Assembly: GCA_964106915.2 (NCBI GenBank) | Contig: OZ066918.1 | Direction: 5' to 3' (one strand) | Origin: Podarcis gaigeae | Taxonomy: Eukaryota | DNA: 64,000 nucleotides | Shown: in pieces, positions 1 through 11,880 of the stretch | Numbering within the stretch: position 1 is the first letter of the stretch | How the letters are laid out: every line of letters starts with the position of its first letter | The notes under the pieces: model-generated | The model's input: only the letters and a program-made list of their open reading frames with translations | The model's database searches: none | Told to the model about the DNA's origin: nothing | Program-made: the position numbers and the translations under genes

Positions 1-490
1 GTTAACAAAGACTTTCCATTTTACGTGTTTCATACAAAGCAGAAATTACCATTCCCTTTCTGTAACGAAACCAAACAGATTGTCATCTATTGTTGCCTTC
101 TACTGTCAATTCTTCCCTTCATTAAGCTTTAGGCCAGGGTCACCACCTGGTTGCTGTCCCTTCCCCACCCTTCTTCTTAACCTCACATAGAGAACACAGG
201 CACACGTGCTCACACCCTCCACAGATCCACCACCATCTGGCTACCTACTCCACTTCCCCTATTTGTGCCCCCCTTTCCTTCCAATACAGGTCACATTCAG
301 TAACATTTTTCTCTAGGATTTGTTTATGGTGACTAGACACTGCAAGGGAAAAAAATTAATGTCTAAAGAGATAAACTCCAAGGACAATTAAGGGCCTTTC
401 TATGTATCATTGCTGTTGTTGTTTAGTGCAATGTTTCCCAAATTTTCCAACTGTGGTCTCCTTCTGACCTTGTTTCCTTCCTGTGCCCCC

Positions 491-627
491 CATAGGCATA
501 GCCAAGGGGGGCAGGGGGGCAGATGCCCCCCCATAAGTAAAAAATCAATATAAATCAATACATATCTGAGGCTCTATCCCCTCAACAAAAGCCTGCCCGC
601 CTAACAAAAATCCTGGCTATGCCCATG
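491..627. mobile_element. Short MITE with CAT(A/G)GGCATAGCCA termini, nested in the 429-1213 element
   Basis: Inverted termini CATAGGCATAGCCA / TGGCTATGCCCATG (13/14). Flanked by an imperfect duplication CTGTGCCCCC / CTGTCCCCCC. Confidence 0.65.
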
Positions 628-776
628 TCTGTCCCCCCACCAGTAGAAAAGTAGTTATTTAAATGTTTTCTTTTCTTTGTAAATAGAACATGTTTTGTTT
701 ATCATTTTTATAATTTATACAGAATACAATTCATAAAATGATCGGAACATAATGAAATATTGTTGAAGCAGAAAAA

Positions 777-1088
777 CATAGAATCATGGAGCTGGAAGGG
801 ACCCCATGGGTCATCTGTCTAGTGCAGTGTTTCTCAACCTGTGGGTCCCCAGATGTTGTTGGACTACAACTCCCATCATTCCTAGCCAGCATGACTAGTG
901 GTCAGGGATGATGGGAGTTGTAGTCCAACAACATCTGGGGACCCACAGGTTGAGAACCGCTGGTCTAGTGCAACCCCCTGCAATGTAGGAAAATCAGCTA
1001 AAGCATCCATGAGAGATGACCATCCAACCTCTTACAAACCTCCAAGGAAGGAGAGTCCAGAACCCCCCAAGGGAGATCCATCTGCCAC
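777..1088 (-). mobile_element. CR1 LINE 3' end fragment, interrupted by the 825-962 MITE
   Basis: CATAGAATCATGGAGCTGGAAGGGACCCC...CAACCCCCTGCAATG is the reverse complement of a typical CR1 3' UTR with its ATTCTATG tail. Confidence 0.7.
825..962. mobile_element. Palindromic hAT MITE (138 bp) with SPIN/URR1-like termini
   Basis: 59-bp arms match 56/59 as inverted repeats. Exact 8-bp TSD GTCTAGTG at 817-824 and 963-970. Confidence 0.9.
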
Positions 1089-1820
1089 GTCCCTCTGTGG
1101 CCCCCTAGCCTCGTGCTGTGCCTCCCTCCATTTATGTGATTTTCACCTGCAGCCCCTTTGGAATATCCTGCCCCCCCAATGGGGCCATATGGCCCCCTGG
1201 TTGCAAAACACTGGTTTAGTGCACCATCTGCACAGTCGTTACTCGGCTAAAAAGTGGATCCAGATTACAACCTCCCTCGAGGTAGTGCTCCCACTGTCGG
1301 AATCATGACACCACCACTCAAATTGCAGTATCATGCCATTTGGGAAGATGGGATTATTCCAACAGTTGGTACTTCCTTTGTGGTTGTGCACACAGAGAGT
1401 AATGTGACTGTGAGAGTGACTTAGACAGCACAGGAGGCCCTGATGGTGGTGCCACCAGTGCTTCTGCCACCTCCCGCCATGCGCCAACCATCGTTAGTAA
1501 GCACACCAGATGGTAGCAATGGAGTTGGGGAGTACTGAATGGCACTATGCTCTCAAACAGTAACAGCTATGCCATTGTTTTATCCAGTTACAAGAAACCC
1601 TGGCTGCAGGTATGACCCAGAACCATTTAAAAAGGGTGGAGGTCAGAAGGGCAAGTGGCAAAAGCAACATATATTTATGGAACCCGGCTGCAAAACTTGA
1701 ACAATGTTAAATCAATGATGGCAGAGGAAATGCAGTATCTGAAAGTAATCTAGATTTTCTTCTCTGCGCATATCAAGAAAACCAGACATGAGGTCTCTGA
1801 GCTGCTGTTGTGGCACTTAC

Positions 1821-2156
1821 CAGCTTGGTTGGTGGTGATGTTCACAGAGACATGCTGCGGTGGGAATGGGCTTTTGTTGGAAACTCCATTGACAGCCTGG
1901 ATCTCAAAGGTATATGGCGTATGGGCCCACAGGTTGCTGATAAAGACCCGGGTTTCCGTGAGGCCCAGCTGCCTTGGCACAAACTCCACATTGTCATCAC
2001 AGCGGGAGCAGCTACGGCGGTCTGACCGACACTTCTTGCAGACAATGTTGTAGGTCACATCATCACGACCTCCCGTCTCCCGGGGTGGGTGCCATTCTAG
2101 TATAATTGACGTTTCATTGACAATAGAGATCACGTTGCGAGGCCCTGAAGGAACAC
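1821..2156 (-). CDS. EPHB1: EPHB1 internal coding exon (exon 5 equivalent, 336 bp): first fibronectin type III domain
   Basis: Translation (S)VPSGPRNVISIVNETSIILEWHPPRETGGRDDVTYNIVCKKCRSDRRSCSRCDDNVEFVPRQLGLTETRVFISNLWAHTPYTFEIQAVNGVSNKSPFPPQHVSVNITTNQA(A) matches vertebrate EphB1 FN3-1 as recalled. Minus-strand acceptor TTGCTTTTTAACAG|GT (AG at 2158-2157) and donor CTG|GTAAGT (GT at 1820-1819). Phase 1-1. Confidence 0.96.
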
Positions 2157-5100
2157 CTGTTAAAAAGCAATTTGCAGATAAAGGCTATGCAACTAGATGC
2201 CTGATCATGGTACAATGTATACTTTTGCTGAGATGTAGAGATTAGTAAATTTGGACTCACCAGAGCTGGATAAATGCATGACTCATGATTTTCGATTGTG
2301 GGGCTTTCGTTGAGGACCCTTAGACCAAGAAGGGTCTCCACCCCACTCCTAATGATCTTGAACATCTCCCCCACAACATGGCATGAACTTGTTAATCACT
2401 TTAGGACTCTTTGTTGTGGGAAATGATACATGAATTCAATAAACCTTACCAAATCTCTCTCTCCCCCACGCCCAAATCCTCCGATTGGCATGTTGGACTC
2501 ACACAGAACCTCCCTGATTACTTTAAATGTAGAACAATATCCCTTCAGTCAGATTACTTAGTAATGGTCCCTCTTTTGTAGTGTCGCTTGGCTCAGATAC
2601 CAGACTAACACATTTGGAAGTTTCTCCCTGCTTGGTTAGGCTAATGTGTGGAGTAGACAGAGTAGTGGGAAAGTTGTGTCCCTTCTTGGTTAATTCTTGT
2701 TTGCTCTTCAGACACCTTCATCTTCTCTTCTCTGCTTAGGTTATGCTTTAACCTCTATTATTTAAATTGCTGCTGGGGTTAAGATAGATGGCCTTTTGTC
2801 CCTTCCACAGTATTTCTACCAAATTATAGCACTCAGCTGTCCTGCTCTGTAAAAGGAATCTTACATGTGGCTCTATTTTTAAAGCTGTCACACTTTCCCT
2901 CCTTAGTATTATGAGTCCCACCAGTTCACTAAAGGTTTATGGGCTGTTGGACTTGGCCATAGTTGCCAGAGGCTATCAAGTCACACAGCACAGTCCTCTC
3001 AGCTCTATGAGGTCCTTGATTTGTTTTAATGGTCCATCTGACAACCAGCTTCCAGCTCAGATCTCTTGAGTCCCCAAATATTGCTGACTTCACCCATATA
3101 AATCCTGCTTTATATATACACACAGGACTGGCCAGGATGAGGCTCATGAGCCACATAAGTTACTCTGGCAGCAAATATTCAAGAAACTGGATAGAAAATA
3201 GTCACAATACCCTTTCTAAAGAGAGAAAGGAGAGTGTGTACTTAGAGTTCAAGAGTTTTCTCCTTCCCCAACTCTGCTCCCAGTCACATACTGGAGCTGA
3301 GGCTATACCAAAAGACCAACAGTGGCATGCTCCAAAATGTGAGAAGGCTAACAGCAGCAAGATCTGTCACTGGATCAGTTGGTAAGAACGGAACAAAAGG
3401 ATAAAGAAAATGGAGCTGTGGAATGGCTGTTGGTCGGTGAGTGGGTGAAACCCACGTCTCCTTCTGTAGTCTTTATAAATGCCTAGTGCTCCACTCAGAC
3501 AACACAAACCAGAAAAACATATTGTATCCCTGCAAATAAGGTGTCTCTGGTTGTTTGTTCCTTATTTGCCATGCACTGTTCCTCATTTCAATGTGGGAAA
3601 GCTGCTATAAGACTATGAGGAGCAAATCAGTGACAGGTATTGAAAGATTTGGTGCAGGCAATTCACAACGGGGCCTCGGCTGGTATAATGTCCACTCTTT
3701 GCCCACGCCAACCATCTAGCAGAGTAATACAAGGCAGCCTTTATTTTCTGACATTTCCAAGCACTACTTCCCTCCACCCCCATTTCCAAATCTTGGTCCT
3801 GACATTTTGTGAACCGAAAAAATCTGGTCTACTTCCATTGCAACATCAACCCATCCTCATTGAAGCTGAGTTGATAGTTCCAATAAGTTGCAATGAGAAT
3901 TCAAGCTACAAGTTTATACATCTGGAAATCTACACACAACCACATGCTATTGAACACTCACATTTGGCGGGTGGGAGAACAGAGGTGACACAGTATTTTA
4001 TTTTAAGAATTCCTTGAAAGATATAGTTAGGGCTCAGAAAAGCACACATTATAAAAACAGGCAGACTAGCAGAAAATGTCAGAAGCAAAGAGCAGTTATT
4101 AATTGTTCAATATGTCAGGCTGAAAGGATGGGTATTTAGTGGGGTCCTACAAGGGTCTCCTTCTGTGTCTGCTCTTTATGCAGTTATTATTTATTAGCAA
4201 CTTGGACGCCACAGTTCAGAGTACGTATATCAAAACTGCAGGCAGCACCATTCTGAGAAGGAGAATGGTGGCTTTGCAGGGGCGGGGGAATTAAGTGCAA
4301 CTCTGTTTTTATACGTTGAGGAAATGGGGTTGGAATCAATTAATGGAGATTCAATAAGAACAAATACAGTGTGGAAAGAGTAATCAAAGACACACATATA
4401 TAACAGGGGAATGCTGATCAGGCAGTTGTGCCACAGAGAAAACTCTCTGGGCTGTAAGGAATGACAAATAAAATGAGTCAACACTGTGGCCATGCTGCAG
4501 GCAAAGCAAACAGCATAATGGGCCAAGCTCTATTAAACAAACACTGTAATTATTCAGTCTGATCAGTGCTACTATTTTCTAAACCAGAGAACTGAATTCA
4601 GACTTGGGCAGACTTGCCACAAAAATTCTCATAACAAAAACTGGAACTTAATGTTGGAGTTCTAACAATTCATGCTTTGGGCAAGCCCTGGACAAGGAAA
4701 TTTCATGGTTGTCATGATTACATCTATGAGCGTTACACATTATTGCAACATCCATATTTATTTTCAAACTCAAAGCTCAACACCACCAATATTCCTATAA
4801 TATTTTAATTCACTTGGGCCAAATAATCTCCCAGAAATTGCACAAAATCCTGTGATAGCACTTTTTTCCTGCCAATGTGGCATTTGCTTCTGTGTGAATG
4901 TTTTTGATCCATCCACTCATGCAGTTGGACTTCACCTTCTCCTCTATTTGTGTGCCCCAAAAATATGTTCTGGAGGATCCCCTACTCTCTGTAGCAGTTT
5001 GGGAGGGTTCATGGGTAGCTGCAGAGGAGAGGAGTGGAGAAGGAAAGCTGTTGTGTGAGTGGAAGTTTGTGGTGTGAGGCGAATGGTAGCTTTGGCTATA

Positions 5101-5884
5101 TCCTTCTCCGTTCACTTGTGCAGTATATTAAGACTCTGAGTGAAAAGACGTTCACGTGAATGACTTGTTTGCACAAATGAGAAACTGCAGACCTCACGAT
5201 TCACTGCACAACAAGTGCAATGCATGCACAAAATAAAAATGGGGCTTTGCATTAATCTGTGCAATCAAAAACTAATTTATGGAATAGTAGTGGCTGAATG
5301 ATTTCTAAAGAAATCACTTTGGCGGGGTGGAAATGGTTAGGGAGGATGGAGCTGATAATAAAAATTATCCTGTAAGATTGACACAGTAGGATTGAGGCCC
5401 TACTTAACAATAACAAAAGGGGAGGGGACTTCAGAGATGCATAGAAAACAATTTATTGTCCAATGCATTTTGAGTGTTGCACTTTTCCTCAAGAGCAAAT
5501 CTGATTCAGTTTTTTCAGAAAGCAATCAAGATCTTCTTCTATACATTTTTGAAGACTCTTTCTGTTCTGCTCCTGCATCTGGTGTCCTTCCATGCCTGTG
5601 TAATTGCAGACACTGTGAGAGATGTGTAAGCAGGTAATGCAGCAGAAGTGGAAACTGGGATTGCAACTTAAAAGAGCCACACTTAGTGAAAATGAAGCTG
5701 ACCCACTATCAGGTGAGAAAAATATCTTTTGTAGGAGGTTATGAGAAAGACACACCTGTATTGAAATGGCAAGTGCAAACTCACAGAGTCCAAGCTAATC
5801 AGAATATGATACATCTGCACACATCTTTTACCCTTCTTAGTCAACACTCCAAGGGCTGCCCACATCCATCACTGTACCCAAACA

Positions 5885-6175
5885 ATGCTTGAGGATCTCT
5901 ATAGCCTCCTTAGCATCAGTTGAAAAAGAAAGATAAGAGCTGGGTGTCATCAACATATTGATCACAGCTGAATACAAAATCCCAGGTGACCTCTCCAATG
6001 AATGTTTTGTAGTTATTAAATTAGCACGGGGGTCAAGACTGACCACCTTCTTGGAAAGTCCAACCATACAGAGCCACTGCAACATGTCTCCCAAACCCAT
6101 ACCAGCCAGATGTCCTCAAAAGACACTACGGTCAATCGTACTGAAGGCTGCCAACAGGTGCAAAAGAGCTAATAT
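5885..6175 (-). mobile_element. Degraded L2-clade LINE reverse transcriptase fragment
   Basis: Minus-strand translation LALLHLLAAFSTIDR...GMGLGDMLQWL (cf. LDLSAAFDTIDH) and QYVDDTQL (cf. YADDTQL), with stops and an internal deletion. Confidence 0.75.
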
Positions 6176-7199
6176 GGATATAGTTAGAAAGTAGTTAGCT
6201 TCAACCCTCTAAGCATCTTTTATTATCCTCAGGTTGGACGAGCTGAAATTTATCTATCCAAATAGTCCAAATAGATGTCTCAGCCACAGCCATAGATCCT
6301 GCAAGGGACTTTACTAGCAAAGTGGCTTGCAAACTGGCCCCAGCCATCTACCAAGCGTTCCTCTACATTACTTTTGGGACTAGCACTTGGAAGTGCTTGG
6401 AACTGCTGTGCTGTGCTGACAGGATGGTGGTGGAGAAGTACACTGATCAGGGGTTACCATTAAGAGGCTGGCATTTCAGCACCCCACTTAGCAGGAAATG
6501 AATCCAGGGAAGTTCTGCTGAATCTGTCACAACCTACCTCTGCTCAAGCCCTTGAGGAGTTTTCAGCTGCTGTCCCCATTCCAAACTACCAGCTTCCCTT
6601 CTCTCTCTCTCTTTCTCTCTCCCTCCTTTTCTTCATAATTACATTCAGAGAGGCACTTTGAGAGAGAGCTTCTCTGATCTGTTACTATGGTTACTGCAGA
6701 TGAAAGCATTTTGTTAAAATTGCTAGAAAAATGCTATCCTTTAACGAAAATTCCATTTCATTTAATTTTTTCCCGTCAGCACAGTTAAAGTATTTGTCAT
6801 GAGCCATCTAGCAGCAAAGACTTTGCTGTGTACACAGTGGAAATGTGATGTGCTGAATGTGATGTACTGAAGTGATGCTGCACTTCAAAGTGTTCCCTTG
6901 TGTGGGTCATCAATATATAGGGATACACACAAAATGCAAGGCCATTCTAGTTGCATTCTAATTGTTTTACCCTAGGTCAATGAGTTCACATTTCATCAAT
7001 ACATAAACAAACATGAAGGCTCTGTCAAAATATAGCCAAGCTCTCTATTTCTTCCATCATTTTTCTTGCCATCTCCAATTCTTCCCTCTCAACCTTAATG
7101 TGATTCTACTGCTGCTTTCCTAAAATTGCTGCTTCAGTAAGCCACACTTTGTAGCAACGTCTATTATCCATGATAGAATAGGGTGCCACAATTCTCACT

Positions 7200-7400
7200 G
7201 GCACATCTTGTCTTGTCACTTCTAAAAGACCTACACTGGCTAGCTGTCCAGTTCTGAGTCCAATTCAAGGTGCTGCTAAAACCTTTAACAGCTTGGAACC
7301 CAAGTAACTAAAGATGCACACCTTATCTGTTATTTGAGATCACCTGCCAAAGCACTCCTCTATACGCCACCTTGTCCATCTGAGGTGAGAGTGACATCAA
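7200..7400 (+). mobile_element. Degraded L2 LINE ORF2 C-terminal fragment
   Basis: CTAAAAGACCTACACTGGCTAGCTGTCCAGTTCTGAGTCCAATTCAAGGTGCTG = LKDLHWLAVQF*VQFKVL, homologous to the L2 copy at 36080-36150. Confidence 0.6.
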
Positions 7401-10025
7401 TGATGATGATGAAGGCTGACTAGGATGAAGGCCCAGGGAAGTGTTAAGCCAGTCCCATCTCCCAGTGGCCCAAAATCTGTCAGGCTCCCTTTGCCCCACA
7501 AACTTGCCCTGATTCTCCCCAACCAATGTGTAGACTTTGCCTTCCCACAGATTAATAATGACTTGCTCTTAAGCCCCTTTTGCCCCAACCACCCAACTCA
7601 TCAAAACATTGTACTAGGGTGCATACATTGGCCTTGTACTAATAAATATTGTAAGTAAATAAAATTATATTCTGCCTCAACTGCTTTTAATCTCCCCCAC
7701 CCCCAATATCCACTTTCCTTGTCTCCAGGACTCTGTGACATCATAGCCAGGTTAGTTAATGGCTGGGGGTGGGAATCTGGCTGGGCCATATCACTTTCCG
7801 CTGCAACATTACAGGTTGCATCTTGAAAGCTTGATGGTACATAACACTCGCCTCTGTTGCCTGGTTTCAGAGATTCGATCTGAGACAGAGTTATTAAAAG
7901 TGATGCCATCAATCACAGAGCAGAACCTTTTATCAGCTTGTTTGAGGGGTTAGTGGCAGACGTTTTGAGCAATAGACGTTATAGCTCCATTGCCTTCCTT
8001 AACTTAACCTGGGGTATAAAATCCGAGGGTAGATATATTGATAATGGTCAGTAAGCTGAGATTTCCCACCTAATAAAAAGCAGTCAAAGCATGTATCTTT
8101 CACAGGGAATCTGCTCATGCTGTTTTAAGGTACAGCCAGGTTCCAACTGGGAACCCTGTGGAGCTGGAACTGGCCGTCTGCATTCTGTACCAATGAGACT
8201 GCTGGTGAAAAGAGGGTCTGATAAGGGACTGAGCCTGTGGGTAAAAAGATATGTCTATACCAGAGACAGAGAACCTTTTGGAGCACCACTCTATGGGTCA
8301 ACTTTGGCAAGGCGTGGGGCAACCCACTTGTCAATCACATGACATCATTATCACATGACACAATGGACAGGTAGGTTTTCCCAGACAACTGTCAAAACCC
8401 CAACATGGGATGTGGAATGGGGAGGTGTGGGAAACGGCTTTTCAATCCTCCCTGCATTTCTCCTTCACACCATGACCTCAGAGGTACGAAAGAGAAGAGC
8501 AGGGAAGATCACAAAGTGCTTTCCAAGTCTCCCATGTTGGAGCCGGAAAGGAGCTCTGTGGGACAGTTCCAAAGATCAGCACCCTTCTTGAGTAAGGGGT
8601 GTTCCCACCTCCTGCCAGCTGGTTGGAGGTTTGAGTCATGCCTTGCTCCAGGAAAGGAAGAATCAGGAGCCCAGCTTTAGTTGTTGTTTTTTGCAGCTTC
8701 ACTCTTACTGGCTGTACACAGCTGACATCATATATGACATCAGGTGCAGGGTGGGTGAACATGGCATCCCCTGGTGAACTCAGTGGGGTGGCCTGGCAAG
8801 CTAGGTTTCACCTTCAGGTCAGAGGTTTTCCATCCTGAGCTATAAAATATGCATGAAGTAACTGGTGGTTGCTGCTTCACATATGACGAAGGGAAAGGCA
8901 TTACATAGAAAAGAGCAACAGCAGACAATGCCTGTTTGGGGGTCATCACCCTAAGATGAGGTGAGGTACCATGAATAGAATTTTTCCAGATGTTCTAAGT
9001 ATAGATAATTTGGTAAGAATCATGCCCCTCTTTACATTGAGATGCATTGTACATCTATTTAAATTAAAGCCATTAGTTGTTGTTTTTTAAAAAATTGCAC
9101 CTATACATATAAATAAGCAGATGCAAAAGTAATGCAGATCTGTGTCTCCTTTCGCTCTCTTTTTGAGAATACATTTCCCCTTTTCATTTCTCTGTAAATG
9201 GCCGCACGAGCCTCCCATAAAAGTCTTCCCCATCATCTGCTTCTGAATCACTTTACTTGCCTTCAGCCTTCACTTTGGCCTTAAGTCATCAGTTTGTAAG
9301 TTTGTCTCTCCCACACCCCCACACCCCCACCCCCCGCCTGAGGCATTTGCCCATCCCTTGGGGCTGGCAGTTAAAAATGAGACAGATGGGGAAATGTCCA
9401 CAGGATTGGACTCATGCCTGGTAAATGGAGGAAAGGAAGAGGGGGCTTAATCACTATGCTTTCTAAATCCATCTCCCTTAAACCCTTTAAACTATCTACC
9501 AAAAAGGAACAACTGCATATCAATACAACCCAAAGCAAATTTCAGTACTGGAATTATAAAGCCCTGGGCGGGGAAGGTGATTTATAGTGGAGTTCTTGAC
9601 ACTATCTATCTTGTCTGCAGCAGTCATGCCTGGAACCACAGAAAAAGTGACAAATACATCTGATTTTACCAGAGGGATCTTGCAGCAGACTGTCATCATC
9701 CCCACCCCCCAATCTCCTGTTCTTTGTCAACTCTTGATTTACTGGTGGAATGCTGTCCAGCATATGTCAGCACTACAGTTAAAGCACAGCCAGGGAGGAA
9801 GAGGGCAGCCATCTCACAAAACTGCTGGAACCCTTTGGAGAAGCTTTTTACCATATTTAACCCAGGTGGAATCATGTCCTTGAAGCATGTTAAGACTCAG
9901 TCCCAGGATCTGTTTTCAATCCCATGTCTCAGCTCTGAAACATTTGAAGTTACATTTAAAATGCATCAGAGCACAGGCATAAAGCATTACACAGTAAGCA
10001 AAGCCTACTCCAAACACTCACCCCT

Positions 10026-10031
<6 letters not shown>

Positions 10032-10096
<65 letters not shown>
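10032..10096. repeat. Compound (CT)n(CA)n microsatellite
   Basis: Directly visible. Confidence 0.95.
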
Positions 10097-10329
10097 TTGA
10101 GATAAGCAGAATTGGTTCCCAGATCAGAAACTGAAGCTTTCAGGCACATTTTAACCCTGCAACTTTTAAGATATCATAGCATCACTTGCATTTCTCTGGT
10201 GGATCAAATGGATGAGACCACAAGTGGGTCCATGAGTCAAGAAGGCGGTTTCTGCGTGTGCTGCAGAGGGAAATAAGGGGCAGGTGGGGCTCATTAACCA
10301 TGGAGAAGGAAAACTGATCTTAAACCTCC

Positions 10330-11880
10330 ACTGCTTTGTGGCTATACTCATTGGTGAGAAAGGCTTCAGTAGTAAACGCTAAGGAATAATCTCTATCCAC
10401 TGCCTTGCAGGACATCTTTGGGAGAGGCCAAGGAGTAAACCCGACACAAATCTGGAGCGGAGTCCCTAAGACAGTTGGTTCGAGCCTTGCACGACTCCTT
10501 CCAACAACTCCTTCAGCCAAGCTGGTGCCAAATGTACTGTCTTGTCATCTGAGCAGCCCAGGATTCTCCAAGCTTGCACCCTGAAGAGGTCACTTTGGTG
10601 CTGCCAGTACAGCAAAAACAACACAGGAGGCAGCAATTACAAGTTATAAGCTCAACCTGACTAGCATAAGATACAAGCGCTACAGGTTGCCTTCTTTAGT
10701 GGGAGAGATTGATGTTTCTCACTGGTCGGCTACTATCCCATGTCAAGCAAATGCTGTCCACCTGCTTCAATGGGTGCTTGGAGCTCAGAGTATCGCTCAA
10801 TAAGCATACTGAACCACTGTTCCAGGCAACAAAGAAAAGAAACAAACCTATTGTGCTGTGCAAGGTGGAATGTCAGGACCATGTGTCCTGGCTTGTCCAC
10901 TGGCCTGTTTCAGGTCAATAACTCATAGAAGACAGTTATCATTGACCATGAGCTGAAAACGCTCAACACTGACATTGCCACTTACAGGAGGGCACACTCA
11001 GTTTGAATGCAGCCTCTGAGAGAAGAACTACGCCATTGATTGGCAAGGAGGGCACCCAGAAGAACCACATATTCGTGGCATTGGTTTCACAGTGAGGCAC
11101 TCCTGTCTGCAACAGAACTGCCAACCAAGGGCTCAGAATGCTTATTTCTCTCTGTCTCTCAACCACCTTCGGTCAGGTTAGCATCTTGAGCGCTTACGCT
11201 CCCTCTATGTGCTTGAATATATAGATCAAGCACCAGTTCTATGAAGAACTAGACCAGATTGTCAGGAGGGTCCCAGCCCATGAACACCTATTCCTGCTGG
11301 GAGATTTCAGAGCCAGAGTTGGGGGTGATCATCACACATAAGACAACTGCATAGGTCATTTTGGTATTGGCAGCATGAACAAAGTCGGATAAAGGCTGCT
11401 TGAGCTATGTTCAGACCATAGCCCGAACATGTTCTTGAACATGTTCTTCTCTGCCAAGGTAAAATGGTAAGTGTCCTGGAGACATCAAAGGCCATTGGCA
11501 GCAGAGGGACTTGTTTGTCACCAGGTGATTAGCACTCAACTGTCTTTGTTGCACAGGGAGCGACTACAGTGCCAACTGTGGTATGGACTCCTTCTCCAGC
11601 CAAAGAGGACCTATAGCAAAAAGGAGAAAGTGTGGCCTTGAATCAACTCTACCAGATCAGTCTTACTTGAACTTTGTGAATGCTTCTCTGATTCTGTCAA
11701 AGAAGCAATACTGAACTGCTCTATAGACAGCAACAAAGTAAGGTGGAACCACATCGAAGAAGCAACCTACAACAAAGCTTTGTCCTCTTTTGGCAAAAGA
11801 GAGCAGCAGATCCCTGGCTGGTTTGAGGTCAGCATTAACACAGTGCGTAAAATAGCTTCTACTGAAATACTGCTTCTTAG
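10330..11880 (+). mobile_element. Decayed RTE-clade LINE, 5' portion (5' UTR plus AP-endonuclease domain)
   Basis: Remnant motifs ARWNVRTM (~10860), ELKTLNTDIA (~10950) and SILSAYAP..*IKHQFYEELDQIVRRVPAHEHLFLLGDFRARVGGDH (11180-11335), broken by stops and frameshifts. Boundaries approximate. Confidence 0.8.

Larger units (their letters stand above)
429..1213. mobile_element. Old non-autonomous hAT (Charlie-type) element carrying nested insertions
   Basis: Termini CAATGTTTCCCAA (429) and TTGCAAAACACTG (1213) are imperfect inverted repeats. Exact 8-bp TSD GTTTAGTG at 421-428 and 1214-1221. Confidence 0.75.

Noticed and set aside
898-1308. 136-aa plus-strand ORF
   Set aside because: Runs across MITE, CR1 and hAT fragments, with no recognisable domain or splice context.
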